The notes under the pieces: generated by a model | Told to the model about the DNA's origin: nothing | The model's database searches: none | What the model saw: only the letters and a program-made list of their open reading frames with translations | Source: Pecten maximus | Lineage: Eukaryota | Length of the DNA: 64,000 nucleotides | Direction of reading: 5' to 3' | NCBI RefSeq assembly: GCF_902652985.1 | Contig: NC_047017.1 | Span: 6,200,001-6,264,000 of the forward strand | In this document: positions 46,656 through 61,358 of the stretch, piece by piece | How positions within the stretch are numbered: the first letter of the stretch is position 1 | How the letters are laid out: the number at the start of each line of letters is the position of its first letter | Position numbers and translations under genes: made by a program

Positions 46656-49194
46656 TTGAACAACCCCACCTGATTATGTATTTACACCGATAGTGGTTCC
46701 AAAATGATCCTGTTGTCTTGGAGGCAACTAAGGCACATTTTTTTTTCAAACGACATACATATGCACTGGATGGATATCGTAGTCGACAATTTTCACGATA
46801 TTTTTAAAAGGAAGATTAGTTTAATGATGATTTTTACGGAATCAGCAAGTTGTAGACAAGATACTGAACCTCAGTCGATATGTCTACACCTCCAATCCAA
46901 AACTAGAGACATTCAAGGCGGATTGTACATCAGTGTACATGCATGCTAGGAATCGACACCAGTTTCAACCCAAGTTACTGATAATGACATTCGGACGTGC
47001 TGGTCTCAAAACCTTAGTATCGCAATCAAAATATAAAAACTGTTTGAAAATGAGGTACATATACTATGTTTAGAAAGTTGAAATCAGTTCTATATACAGG
47101 TCACCGATAATGACATTAGTCAATGCTGTACTGTACATCATTATCTTGTTCAATGTAATAGAGATATTATCATACTCGGAATCGACACCAGTTTCAATCC
47201 AAGTGACAGATACTGACATTCGGAGATACTACCCTCGAATCCATTTATATACAGTTTATCAAAAAAATGTCAATTCAACATTTAGAATAAAGTAAAATGT
47301 GCGGGCTTATAACAAAATTGCTTGGCACAATGATGTTTAGTACGCCCATTTGTCAAATATCTAATAGATCATTATATATGAATGCATTTGTATATGAGAA
47401 ATTGTGATTGGTTATTCTAATCACACCCAATAGACATTAACACGACTCATTTCTGTGATAGTTTATTCAAAGTGTTAGCATATTAACCATACTGTAATTT
47501 TCAAAAACATCTAGTGTGGTAAGGCACATGGTCTTGTATGAGTTTATTTGTCAAAAAATAACACAGGACATACATTGTATTACCCTTGTTCAGTAGTCTC
47601 TGAGTATATGCCCATGCGGTATTGTATTTAATTTTAAAATGAATATGCCTGAGCGATCGCTTTTGGTCATGAAATGACACAAAAATACAGGTGGTCTTAA
47701 TAAAGAGACTTCGCTGTAGTTAATACGCAAAACTTAAAGTGATCTACAGTATTGGCTTATCCAAATGTTAATTATTTACAAACGTTTTGATATAAATATA
47801 TTTTTTTATGTTTTATACTTTTGTAATTATACCATTGTTATAATAAAATGTTGTACAAACCTTTAAGGCTTTGAAGTTTTTATAAAATCACATTTGACTA
47901 TCAAACAAATTTCAACAAATTCATTGACAAAGGATTGTATCAATACTACACACGATATTAGCACCTTTTCATAATTTAGTGTCCAAAATAAACAAACAGT
48001 AGGATACAGCATTATCCTTCTAGGAGGCGACAGGGATAACTCAAAATAGAGCGAAAAAATGTCAAAATTTGGAAGGGGAGCGGCAGTAGCCCCATAATTC
48101 AATAAACCAATAATTTTCAATATTGGATTTCATCGTCAAGAACACAGGTATATTCTGAATCGTGTCACTATTCAAATGAATTAAAACCCGACATACACAC
48201 AGATTATACAGCAAATATTGGGGATGAAAGTCCATCATTAGACTCAGTCTCAATACTTTATGCTACATCTTATCTAACCATATATCCAGTTTTATTGTTT
48301 GGTTTTACAAACGTTTACTTTTATTGTCAATTGTATTTATATATGTTCAAGAAGTTAAATAAAATACAATATTCACTAAAGGAAAAAGATAAAAAGAATG
48401 TAATATTTGATAAAGTCTGAGAACTTAATTATGGGTCTCTTACAAAATCAAACAGAGATATATCATAGACTTTTACCACTAGGCCCTTCTACCATCAAGG
48501 GCGTCTGCAGGTGGTTTCAACAAACATGATATTTAGTTCCATGTATGCACATATTTCCAATAGGGAAATTTCAATGGTATCAAATGTAGCAATCCATTCA
48601 TACAAGGCCGTGATGTAAAGGAAAAGAGGTGTTTCATTAAACAGCATCATCCCAGTATCAGGATCATTTGTACTGTCTTAAACACTTACAATATGAGCTT
48701 GTCTTTTGCCATCAATTTCACAACTGTCTTTTAACGGTGGAAAAACTTTATATTTCTCACTTTCCCAATCCTCGGTTGTTCATTTCCATATCTGTCTGTA
48801 TGCCACACACACAGAGAATTCTTCCTTTGTTCCTATTGCTTGGCATCATGTACCTACATCTAACAATCAGAGAATGGTTTCCCCAAGATCTCTTGATAAA
48901 TTTCATGTTACACTCTGATAAACAGGACTGACGTCTCTGTGATTCTCTGCATGTAATATATTTTACCATCTGCTAACAGTTTCTGTGCGGTTTATTCCTT
49001 GATACCTTGGTAAACCCTCTCAAAACAGAACTGTTTTTCTTTTCTCTGATTTGTTGTTTACTATCTTGTTCCACATTCATTGTAAGCAGTGAATAGATTC
49101 TCTGCACTTTAACTGACAACCAGAATGTCAATGCGATCCCTTGCCTGTTATCACAATGGACTTAGATAACTAAATCTGTGGTACTATATATATC

Positions 49195-49480
49195 ACTCGG
49201 TCTGACAATTAGAGAATGATTTCTGCGATATATAATTCCTGCTATCATGTGACTCAGTCTGACAATTAGAGAATGATTTCTGCGAGATATCATTCCTTGT
49301 ATCATGTGACTCGGTCACAGAATAGTTAATACTTTATCATTGTATCTAAACAATAGTTCCTGGGAGATATCTTGTCTGATAGCACGTAACTTCGTCTGGC
49401 AATCGGAGAATACCGGTAGTTTCTGTGCGATCTCTTGCCTGGTATCACATTACTTGGTATGACAAGCCAAGAATGATTTA
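49195..49480. repeat. Degenerate tandem repeat of about 57-60 bp in the TAF1A 3' region
   Basis: Repeats of ctcggtctgacaattagagaatgatttctgcga..tatcatgtga. Confidence 0.65.
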
Positions 49481-49501
49481 TCCGTGATCTGCTCTTGGAC
49501 A

Positions 49502-52500
49502 TCAAGTAATTCCAGGAATATTGTTGACCTTATCGATTACATCATCCAATAGTTGATTCTGTTCTCCACTTAGAGTTTCTCTCATCCTCTGTACAAAATT
49601 ATTTCCTGAAAAGAAAATGTGTGAAAATAGTATAAAAGTATAAAAAAAAAAAATGATCTTGAATACAATAACATTGTAGACGGTTGTGGATTGAACCATT
49701 AACTTCCTTTTTCAAAATTTGGTGATTTATGATTCAATAAGAACATAATAGGAAATGCATACAATATGTATAAACAAGGACATAGACATAACATAGCATT
49801 TAGAATTATTACATGTATTTGTGTTCAGCCATCAAGTTCTTGAGAAAGTAATCAACATGACTAGTATGAAGTCTAACAAGCAAGTTTCATCAAAATCCGA
49901 TCATTCCTTCAAAGGATATTGTGTAGAAAGCAATCAGCAAATCAGATCACAGCAGCCTCATTAAATATATACAGGATATATCGATAATCAAACTTGAGCC
50001 AGGGATTTAGGTAATAAGTATACAAAGCAAGTTTCATCAAAATCCGATCATTCCTTCCAAAGATATCGTGCAGAAAGCAATCAGCCAATCAGATCACAGC
50101 AGCCTCATTAAATATGCACAGAATATGCTGTTATTCAAACTTGAGCAAGGGATTTTGGTAATAAGTCTACCATACAAGCTTCATCAAAATCTGAGCGAAT
50201 CCAGAAGGACGGATGGAACCCATTTGTATATCCCTCCGCCAACTTTGTTGGGTGGGGGATAACAAGAAATGATTAAAATTGTTCATATGGTTTTTGTTGT
50301 TATTAGCAAATTCCCCAGATCATTCATTGTTAATAACACGTACACACCAAATCCTCAATAATACAAAATCAGCACAAGTCTGATGTGTAAATGGCCTTAA
50401 ATGGACATTCTGAAGTTTTGATGCTATTTAAGCATTGAACGGCTTTCAGTTGGCATTCATAGTCAATATGAATGCCAACTGGACAGAGGCAAATTCCATG
50501 AAGCGCGCTATTGACTATGAATGCCAACTGAAAGCCGTTCAATGCTTATATTTACCATCTGCGATTTTTTATTTGTCGTGCGATTTTTTTTTTGAAATTT
50601 TCAGTTGGCAGTTCATAAGCTGGTGAACTCGCAACTGAATTGGTAGGGTTATATAGTGGCAGTGCCATACAATGGTAAATATAACAGAATAGACAGGTGT
50701 CACTCTATAGAAAGATGTCATGATTGCATGAACAAGCTCACCTGGTCCATTCAACAGAGCAGCACAGCAGACTCGATGCCACCACATCTCCTGGGTATCT
50801 GGACCCACATCCCTTTCAGCCACGCCCCTTTGGTTTTCAGCAGCACTCTCTGCAGTGTAGGTGAAGTGATATGAGGGCCACCATGATGCCCTCGGGTTCC
50901 AGTGCAGCTTGATCATGTCTTGATCACCACTGGAAAAAAACGTTTTAATTCTTAGCCATCATTTTATCATGAATCTAGTGCGTTTAACATTCCTCTCGAC
51001 TGTAATGTGTAATATATGTTTTTCATGTTTGAACACCTTGCTCTCGGTCTAGTGATAATTTTTTGTTTAGCCTATTGGTAGGACGTCCGCTTTTAGATCG
51101 CGACATTTCGGTCTTCGCTCTCCATTGACAAAATTGTACTGTACAGGTTATTTCAGTTGGTTCAAATTTTCACATTTCTAACGCAAGTTTAAAGCAAAAA
51201 TAGGCATTTTTTCATGGAAATTATGAAGCAGGCCATTTACCCAACTAACTTATTTTTTTTTTCAAATAAAAAAAAAAAAAAAATTCCCAGGATTACACCA
51301 TCCCTGAAAATGATGTAATATACAACCCCCTGACATTTACAACATTTGCAGTATATTCAAAATGCCTAGCAACAACATCATTATTAGCATATTTCCTCAC
51401 CTTCAAAATGAAGGGCGTCAGGTATGAGTTTCAAATAGTAAATGACGATCTATAAAAGTTAACATCAAATGCGACAAGATTTAAACTGTTGGATTGCAAA
51501 CATGATATGATAAAAGAAAACAGGTTTTATGATAATGATATGTAAGTAGAGTGTACATAAAGCCATACTTGGCCATTGCCAGCTGTAGAGCCGTAGACAA
51601 AATTCTCCAGGACCTCGTGTCATTCTGCCAACATCTGTAATCCTTCAACTCAAATATGTAAAAGAGCAGATCATTGATGTTTCTGTCTGAAAAACAGAGA
51701 GTTTTATTTTGATATTAATTCAACTGAATGTGATTCAATGGTCCTCATTTCATATATCAACCTGATTACCCCCCAACACCTTCGATTAATCAGTCACCAC
51801 TAAAAAGAATTTCCCAACCATCCAGCCAGCAACAGACAGGTACCCATTAACAACCCACTACCATGAAAGGGCCAGATGCATTTAATAGATATGATGATCA
51901 AAATGTTTCTCACTCATAATTTTTTGGAATCATGTTTTTTAGCATGGTTGTAATTCCCTGTATATGTCAGTTTTGTACTATGGCTTTAAAATAAGAAATG
52001 ACATATTACACTTTTTTTTTACATTTGATTTTTGAATTGTTATTTATCAGTGGGTAATTCACATTTAATCACAGCAAGATTGGAGGTACACACATTTCAC
52101 AAACATTCTCCTAAATAGTACTATATTACCTATTATAATATACTTATTTAAATCCAGCTACTTCACATTCATAACATTTAACAAATAAACAAAAGGGCTG
52201 AATTAACATGGCTCGACAGCAAGAAATAATTTAATTGACATATTTACAGTTTACATCCAATCATTTGTCCTTAATTTTTTACACCTGGCTGTTATAAACA
52301 CAGTCAAGGGCAATAACTCTGCCATCAATCAGAGGATTTGTCATCTGTGAACGTTTGTGGAGTGTAACACAATCAGAAGCCTTGGCTAGCAAAGATAAGG
52401 ATTTGTATGCTAGTACACATCCACAAATTCCAGAAAAATGGCTTTTTAAACTAAATGTATCATGTTTCTGAGGATTTCTTGAGGTCTATAGATATTCATT

Positions 52501-55500
52501 CCTGAAAGTGGAAGGGGATCTTTTGTCATTATAATAATGACACAACAACAAAAACACATTTAGCATGAAATATAAACAAAAGTGGATATATTTACCTTCA
52601 ATAAATCTGTCACACAGGTCCATCACCAGTCTATCTGAGGGGACAGAATCTGATACTGCCTGTTTTGTCAAAAAAAATTTAAAAAAAAAAAGGTTTTGGT
52701 TTGTTTTTGTTTTACGTCCTATTAACAGCCAGGGTCATTTAAGGACGTGCCAGATTTTGGAGGTGGAGGAAAGTACCCGGAGAAAAACCACCGGCCTACA
52801 GTCAGTACCTGACAACTGCCCCACGTAGGTTTCGAACTCGCAACCCAGAGGTGGGGGGCTAGTGATAAAGTGTCGGGACACATTAACCAGAAATAAATAA
52901 ATAAATAATCAACATTAATCGACATTTGCATACTTTTGTGTATGTTTAGTGACATTTTAGGAATTTAGTTTTATATAATATTTAATCATATATCCTTATT
53001 TAACATGTATTTTTCATAAACTTTCTCATAGAATTATTTTGTTAAATGTACATATTAAATGCCTGCTATGATCATTCTAAATTTGTGTTTATCCCAATTC
53101 AAAATTGTTCTGAGAGTATAAAATTATAATTTCCAAAACAAGCGTTTATCAAATACTTTTATTTTTCAAATGTACATGGATGTTACCAATTAATATATTT
53201 AACTCATTTGGTAGTGAGGTAGTATTGTAAGAAAGCAACATACACCCTTAACAAATCAAGAAGTATAGTAACGACACAGGTACAATTCTTGTCAAATAAT
53301 CTTTTTAGCAAAAATTGTGTCTGAATGTCACATTTTTCAGAAAGAACCATTTGTTAGAAAGAATCTGGAAACAAGTACCTTGAGAAGTTGTGTGAGGTCC
53401 TCTCTGTTTAAAAGTTTGTGTTTTTCACAGAATGTGTAGAGATATTTGTGAGTGTTTGGATTGTCTCTGTTTTTATCCCTGTACTTTTCCAGTATTGTTT
53501 TTGCCTCCTCCAGTCGGTAATGATGCTCCAGAATCTGTAACGAAATTCAGGATTTTACTGTGACCTCTGAGATAAAGCTGCGAGGATATTCAAAATGTGT
53601 GTTTTTTAACTAATATATGCTATTAGTATTAATATGGGTATAGCTTATATTATATTTAATTAGTAAGTACAGTCAAACCTGTGTATAAAAGCTGCTCAAG
53701 GGTAGACAGAAAAATGGTCACTATATAGACAGCTTGTCTTTATAGACAGGTAATAACATATCTTTGACTAACTTGTTCATTTTTACCCCAATAAAAGAAG
53801 GAAGAAGAAATCATTGTCTGACATACTTTGTATTCCAGATTTGGTTGAAATAGTACTGGCATTTCAAGTTCTGAAACTGAGCTAAAATACATTTTTTCTA
53901 AAAGTCCAGTTTACCAGCATCCCTTGACCACAAAATCTGACTGATATTCTACAAAGGACTGGTGTAATGAGCTATCTAATTTGTGACCTAACAGTATACT
54001 ATGTTTGGTTAAAGTTGGATGTATATACTATGAGGAACAGATGTAAACACGAATCTTAATGTTCTTGAGTTACTGTTCTCATACTGTAAACATGGTTATT
54101 TTTGCGAGGGGTTAATTTCGCGATTTCGATATGTAAACTATACGCGTTCAGGTAATTTCCACGATCAATCCACATTCGTTTGTAGTTCGAGATTACGCAA
54201 ATTGATAGCAAAATAATACGCGTGGGGGACATTTTTGCGATCAAAAGGACTACGTGTAATAGGCGTAAATTTCCCCTTTGCATAAATTTCCACGTTAACA
54301 GTAGTTACCGCCATATATCCCTTCAATACAATAATGTGCATAACACAACATTTTTTCTTTTTGCAACTTTTTCATATACAGACAGATTGGACAAGTGTGC
54401 AATATGTGTTCGGACATTTTTCAGAAATGAAATAGTTTGATCAAAGTCACTTCACAGAATATGAATTTCAATGTTTTTCCTCTCTGGACAGAACCTGAGT
54501 CTGAAGCTATTTGTAAAACGCGATCCTAATATCCTTTGCACTATGCCTACCTCTACGTGTTTCGTGATGAAAATGTCCCACACTCCCAGGTAATTGTAGA
54601 GGTGCGAGAAACAGGAGAGAGCTCGCTCTGCGCTATTCTGCAAGGTGTCCGTCTCAGTGTCGGAATAATACAGGCCTTGTCGGAATTCATCCCCTACAGG
54701 CATTCAAACAAATACTTCATCAAAAAGAGAATTTGACTGATCCTGAAAAAATCAGTTTAGCCTTTTCGCAGGATAATATAAGGAACTTTACAGTCAGAGC
54801 CATATTATCTGCTTGAGGCTATTTTTCTATGTAAACACATAATCTTATGAGTGAATTTTGTTCTATTTTTACATACATGTATACAGTATCTATCTATTCT
54901 GTTTAAATAGTCCCTCAACAGAAACACAGCCATGTAAACAAATTTTTGTTTAAATAGTCCCTCAACAGAAACACAGCCATGTAAACAAATTTTGAATTCT
55001 TTCAAAATATTCAAAATATAAGTCTATCATCACACTAATGACAAGTTGGAATACATTGAATATACACACTAGAAGAGAAACAAGATAAAATTGTATGTCT
55101 TGTAATATGACATGAGACAGTCTCTTTACCGTCCATCTGTGTGGCGATGGAGGCTAGACGCTGTTTGTCCAGGTTCCATCGCGTATAATACAGAAGTCCC
55201 TGGTAGGCCTGAAACACCAGGTCCTGGTACGGACTATTCCTTCTGTGTAACTTCTTCACCCCTCTGATCTTAGTCGTGTCCTAGAGGGCAAAGGTCAAAT
55301 CATAATTTGTTTTGCTTCTGTCAATCAATTTAGCTCATTATGTGAGTTATCTCCCTTCCCCGTGATGCTTTGGGCTATTCTAGTCAAACATCTATCCCTA
55401 CCCCAGGACTCCAGGTTTTTTAAGGGGTACCACCTATAGAATTTTTTAATTTTAAATTTTAAGGAAAGCAATCCAACCATGAATAGAAGTGATTTGTTTT

Positions 55501-58500
55501 GGAGTCAGGTAGATATTCAAATGTAATAGCCCTTATTCAGACAGCAGTTCCCTTATGATATGTGAGGTTATCTCCCATCTCATCACTTCTCACTCTCAAT
55601 CTCTGTTTTGATTTGCCTGACTTGTTTGCGATTCTATTGTATTTGTATAAGCTAAATAAAGATGGCGTTGTTCCAGTTCAGTTAACATTGTTGACCCCTA
55701 TATATATATAGTTTTCTTGGCCCAAACAGATCACTAGTATCTTCCTACCATACTTGTCTAGATCTAACTTCCTGATGAGGCTATTCTTTTACCAGTACAA
55801 TTTCATCAATTATTAAATCTTAAACAAGTTATCTCCCTTAACAGCATAACTTGTTAAGCCAAATCTAGTTCCCCTCAAATAAGTTAGACATTTCTCTTGT
55901 AATAATGGTTCATTTTGCCAGATATAGCTTCCATATTAGCTTTCTTCCTAAATGGTATACAGTAGCTTGTTTGGCCAGACCTTATTAGCTCAAATGAGCT
56001 ACCTCCCCTTCCTACAATGGTTCATTAGAACTTTATCTTACTAGCATAAAATCTAACTCTCTTACACCAAATTAGTTACCTCCCTTGCTACAATGGTTCA
56101 TTAAAACTTCATTTTGCTAGATCTAGCTCCCCTGCTCCAAATGAGTTATCTCCCTTATCAGAAGAGATCTAGCTCCCATTCCCAGTTGTCTCCCTTACCA
56201 GCAAGGCTTGTCGGGCCTCATCCAGTTCTCCCATGTGTAGTAGATACATCACAAACTCCAGAATTACTTCTTTGAAATCTAAATCACTCATTTCTTTCAA
56301 TTTTCTGAAGGAAAAATAGATTTCATACAATAAATAATAGCAAAATCAAACACAAAATATAGTTTTAACAATAACTTGTCTGTCGAAATTAAGAATTCTT
56401 GTCCGTGTTAGAAAATTTAACTATGCCAAATATCTCTTGAACAACACATTTGGAATAAATCTGTGGTACTGAAAATTATATTGCCATCAACTAAGAAATG
56501 TTCTCAGTATTGAATTTCAGACAGAGAATACCCTAGGACGTAGAAATATATTATATTATATATAATATTCTTTTTCCTGATTTTTTAGGGTTAATACATT
56601 AGGTACTTACCTAACATAATGTTCTATAAGGCCTTTGTTCTTCTCTGGATTGGAATACATGATCTCCATTCCTACCTACACATCAAAAAGATCAAAGGCC
56701 TGAAATACCCACTTAAATGACCCTGGCTGTTAATATAATAGGACATTAAACAAAATAAACCAATCCAAATAAACTAAATTACCCACTAGTGGTGTTTTAA
56801 CACTGATAAAGAAAGTGTTAGGAATAATCGAATACCAAAACAGAATCTCAAATTCTATTTTTCATGCTTATGCATATAATCAATGTATATTAAATAGATA
56901 TTTCATTGTTTTTTTCCCTTAATACTCTTCCATATTAGAGATAGAATAAAAGTATGAGTTGTATATATCCTCCAATAAATCCTGCCCTTGTGTATAAATT
57001 TAGTACCACATTTATCCTCAAATTTTAAAAAGCCCCATCTCCTGGTGTTAAAGTTTGGGAAGGGTTTATTTTTTAATCACTTTTAACTTTAATCATATGT
57101 ACTTACTAAATCTAAAAATTGATGATTCTTCAAAAAAATGAAATTTGTGGGTGGGGGCTTATTTGTGGATACAAATATAAGCCGTTTGACATTCATTTAA
57201 AGTTTGTAGATCAATATGATACAATTATGGAAACTCGTCTCAGTTTCTGGAGACATGTTGAGAGATTAAAGCCTTCTGTCTGTTATCAACACACTGATCT
57301 GATGTAAGGCCACCATTTCATTAAAATTGATTTACATTTATTTGACTTGTGACCTTTGGTGACCTCTATATTGAGCTTTGGCATAATTTGAGCTTGATGA
57401 TAGGTACAAATGATGGAAAGTACATTGATTATTTAAGTAAACACAACAAGACAATCCAGCAAATTACAGTCCCCAATCGAATGCGAAACTGTACGCTAAG
57501 AATGCGCATATAATGATTTCATGTTTGAACTAATTCTAAACACTGAATGTTTGACATGGACACCACATTCATTAATTCAAAAATTGTATTCGGTGGAATC
57601 AATGTGAATAAATTCAGTGGAATCAATGTGAATAAATTCAAGAAGACACTAATTTCATGCCACAAGTTTGAAATTCCAGCGAAAAAATGGTGTAGAAGAT
57701 ACAGCCCAGACAAACGTTTTCTTTGACGTAGGTCAAAGATCACTATGTAGGTCATAGTGACTTATTTCTGATGCATAACTCACCATCTCACTTAGGTAAA
57801 CATAGGTCCCAAGGTGAAGTTTCATTTATTAGCAATGTTGGAGATACAACATGGACAAACTTTTTCTTTGATATAGGTCAAAGATCAAAATGTAGGTCAG
57901 AGTGACCTACTTTTGAAACATGACACACTGCTTAACCAAGGTGAACCCAAGTATGATGTTCAAGTGACAAGTAGTGTAGGTGATAGAGCCCAGACAAGAT
58001 AAAGTGCAGAAGGATGGACAGAAAGACACAACACAAAACTATAGTCCCCCCCTCCATCATGGTTCCCAAATGAGGGACTAACTGAAATTGTCCCGACAAC
58101 CAAATGAAATAATAGTGAATGAGTACACGTACCTTCCACAGAGAAACGGCAGAGTGATTGGGGTCATCGCCGAGGAGACGGAGCACAGTTAGACTGTCCG
58201 TCCATGCATGTGTCAGAAGATAGTTTCTTAGAACAGTCACCAGGTACGGCTGTAGTAAACTACCTACAATTACAAAACCAGCAATTCATTTGATTAAAAC
58301 AAATCATTGCCAAATGAAAAATAAATTAGATGAAAGAAATTTGGTATTTGGTCAGTAAATGTGCTGTCTTTACAACAACAGACCCCGGAGGGATCTTGTC
58401 ATCCATCAATGAATGATCTTTATTGGTTCTACCTGTGGTATTATAAACACTGATCTACTTTCCCCTTCTTTTCATCTTAATCATTTGATAACAAGGAAAA

Positions 58501-60508
58501 TGTCTATATGAAATCTAAGAAAAATGTAAGAAGAACTTCTTTAGAAACAGTGACAACAATCTTCAACTGTCAAAATCAAAGATGGACACCTGGGCCCAGT
58601 TGTTCGAAAGGTGATTAGGCTAATCACATTTTAACAACGTTTTTCAAATCCCGATATAATAATTTCTGGTAGAACTAACTTGACAAAACTTAATGAAATT
58701 CTGTAATTCTTAGTTCTCTTCCAATTGGCATAATTTAAAGATGATATACTCACAGGTTTTGCAACAAATGAGAAATGAATTTTTCACTAATCAAGTGATT
58801 AAGCTAATCACCTTTTGAACAACTGGGCCCTGGTGGCCATTTTATTTTCTGCATCAGACTCAAATGAGCACAATAAGGGACTAAGGGGAACCGACATATG
58901 ATGTTTGAGTTTGAGAAAAATTCTTCCAATAGTAGCAAATAGCAATAACAAGGATTGTTTATTTTACAGATGGATGGAGGGTGATTTCAATATTTCACCA
59001 TCTGATGACTGAGCTAAAAATCAAAATCAGTTCTGGAACATTAGTTATTCAAATCTATTCATCATTCACTAACAAATAAAAGAAGAAGCATCAATAACGA
59101 TAATAGAATAGTGTGCTATACACAAAATATTTATGCAGGACTTCTATAAGTATGCAATCCTTAGTCCTTGTTTATTAAATAAGAAACTGTCATCTTGATT
59201 TGAAAATGACGTTGATAGCTCAGATCTTGACTTCTTGTGTTTTTGACGTTGAGAGCTCAGATTTTGACTTCTTGTGTTTTTGACGTTGAGAGCTCAGATC
59301 TTGACGTCTTGTGTTTTTGACATTGATAGCTCAGATCTTGACTTCTTGTGTTTAAGTATTTTCTAAAAGAACAAATGTTTTGTATAAATCTTGACTCTGA
59401 CGACTCCAGTGCTGGATGATAATGACCCAGGTCTCCAATTGATATGTATGTGGATTTAAGACAAATACAAAGCCTAATTACTCTGATCATTCTGATGTTG
59501 GATGGTGATAGCCCAGTTCCTGAACCAGTCCACTGCTGCTGATTCTGTCTGGTCTGTGGTCTCCAGTGTCATGCTCTCTCCCATCAATAGTTCACACACA
59601 TCCTTCTGTAGAGAAACACAAACAACAATACACATTAATTACAATATGATCAGGGTAATCAGAATAAATTGTTACAGGACAGACCCTGGAAGTTGAACTA
59701 CAATCACTACACAAACACGTCATATAAGCTCACCTGGCCCAGAATATAAGCTCACTTGGCCCTCTGGGCCAGGTGAGCTATTAAAAAACCCTGATAGCCT
59801 TGATAATTGGACGTGGTAAAAATTATTAAACAAACAGTTACTTCATAGAATCTGATTTAATAGCATGCACACTTCATTACAACTTCTGTACGAATAAAAA
59901 ACATGACCCATGCAGCTTGCCTAGCATTTCAGAATTCATTAGAATTACATGTAGTTAATTTTCAAACACATTGGACACACACCCATTTTCTTAAAATATA
60001 CTGGTACATTATTTGACTATATTGAGTTATGTGTTGGGAACAGAATAAAGTGAAAAGTTGTAGAACATTTATTTCAATATTTTTATTCTCTTTAAAAAAT
60101 ATGTACTTTTATGTTCTATAGAAGTGGTTGATTGAATCATTGATTTATCAGCAATGATAGGTCAGTTATTGGTTGAAGGGAGATAACTCGTGCTTCAAAG
60201 ACGTGGTATTTTTTGTTGTTCGTCAAGAAATTACGGATCTAACAGTTTTACTCTCTGGGCTTTGACCTGCAGGTCAGTTGAGCTTTTAAAATCAACGAAA
60301 CATTTCGTCCCCATAAATCACAGATTATACTCTTGGGTGTACTGTAAGACATGTAATGACAGAATGACAGGCACAGTTGTACATTCATTTGTGAATTTAT
60401 AAAAGAAAATGCACTGGGGAAATAATCTTGTACAGATTCCTTGAAAAAAATCTTTACCATCAACTCACTGTCATCAATGACAGTGTTTTGCTGATTTTGA
60501 TGCTCCAT
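49502..60508 (-). CDS. TAF1A: TATA box-binding protein-associated factor RNA polymerase I subunit A (TAF1A), 12 exons, about 466 aa
   Basis: Minus-strand exons 60508-60458, 59605-59482, 58263-58133, 56675-56611, 56304-56199, 55280-55130, 54693-54551, 53534-53379, 52659-52596, 51686-51569, 50929-50742, 49605-49502, all with compatible phases. LWKVGMEIMYSNP, QAYQGLLYYTRW, GVWDIFITKHVEILE, DNPNTHKYLY and WNPRASWWPSYHF match recalled TAF1A motifs (IWKLGSEIL, QAYKGLLQYYTW, GVWDPFVKSYVEMLE, SNPNAHIYLY, WNSRKNWWPGFHF). The first two exons are less certain. Confidence 0.9.
50429..50548. repeat. Inverted repeat with 40-bp arms in the last TAF1A intron (MITE remnant)
   Basis: taagcattgaacggctttcagttggcattcatagtcaata / tattgactatgaatgccaactgaaagccgttcaatgctta. 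Confidence 0.85.
52693..52889 (-). mobile_element. tRNA-SINE family A copy, with the 5' end slightly truncated
   Basis: Colinear similarity to 4619-4816; B box present. Confidence 0.8.
58593..58829. mobile_element. PIF/Harbinger-type MITE with CTG target-site duplication
   Basis: TIRs ggcccagttgttcgaaaggtgattag / ctaatcaccttttgaacaactgggcc, flanked by ctg at 58590-58592 and 58830-58832. Confidence 0.8.
59211..59351. repeat. 37-bp tandem repeat, about 4 units
   Basis: Unit gttga(t/g)agctcagatcttgacttcttgtgtttttgac. Confidence 0.9.
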
Positions 60509-60731
60509 ATATAGCCCCCCACCTAACGCTCCTCTAAAAGTTGTACGAGTTTCACGTGCCGTTTATTGTCCGCCACTTCCTGTTTACTTTTTTACGTCCG
60601 GCAGGTGTCAGGCCAATCGATGAAGTTCTTGTAAACGCTTAACAACAAAGAACTCTCCATAGTCGATTGTTTAAGCGCTTTGTTGAGAAGACCGTCGAAA
60701 ATAACTGGTACACGTGTAACAGCTGATCGAG
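60509..60731. promoter_or_regulatory. Putative bidirectional promoter for TAF1A and MCFD2, plus a probable non-coding first exon of MCFD2
   Basis: CpG-richer patch with E-box cacgtg (60553), ETS-like acttcctg (60575), CCAAT (60613) and a donor ag|gtaaat at 60732. The MCFD2 ATG exon begins with an acceptor, so an upstream exon is required. Confidence 0.5.
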
Positions 60732-61071
60732 GTAAATATGCATTGATATTGAAAATATTTGACGTTATTTCCAATGATCAATGCACTTTATATGATCAAT
60801 AGCATGCATTAGATGTCTATTCTCAATGCTGTTGTATTTTGAGATGATCATGGACATGTATCTGGGTCAGTTTCTTCCATAAGGAAACTATCTAGTTTCA
60901 GATATAATTTCACCATATGCCGGTTACAGGGCAACTGGGTAATGTAATGATGATCATGATGAGCAGTAAACTTTAAAAATCGTATTAATGATTGATAATA
61001 GAAATAGCGAATACCGAATACATGTAGAATAAAACAAAACATAATGTATATATATGTTGTTGTATGCACAG

Positions 61072-61358
61072 GTACTTGGGGTCAGGAACTAAAGTCATTA
61101 TGGAATTGTCTAATTTTAATTTGTAACATCATTTAATTTCATGTCTATTTAATCACCGATACAACATTGGAATCGATTATAAAGCGCTTTTTAAAAAAAA
61201 AACACCCGTTTCTGGTTGTTATAAACGGGCGTTTTTTTTAAAGCGCTTTGTGATCAATTCCAATGTTGTATCGGTGATTAAATAGACATGAAATTAAATG
61301 ATGTTACAAATTAAAATTAGACAATTCCATAATGACTTTAGTTCCTGACCCCAAGTAC
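61072..61358. mobile_element. Foldback MITE, a 287-bp near-perfect palindrome
   Basis: Arms gtacttggggtcaggaactaaagtc...catcatttaatttcatgtctatttaatcaccgatacaacattggaat and their reverse complement; loop about 10 nt. Confidence 0.9.

Noticed and set aside
49480-49504. Selenocysteine or readthrough at the TAF1A TGA
   Set aside because: Another in-frame stop follows within 8 codons and no SECIS element was recognised.
60248-60457. Long first coding exon of TAF1A
   Set aside because: A phase-0 donor (ATG|gtaaag) at 60457 fits the next exon, so the rest of the ORF is probably intronic.
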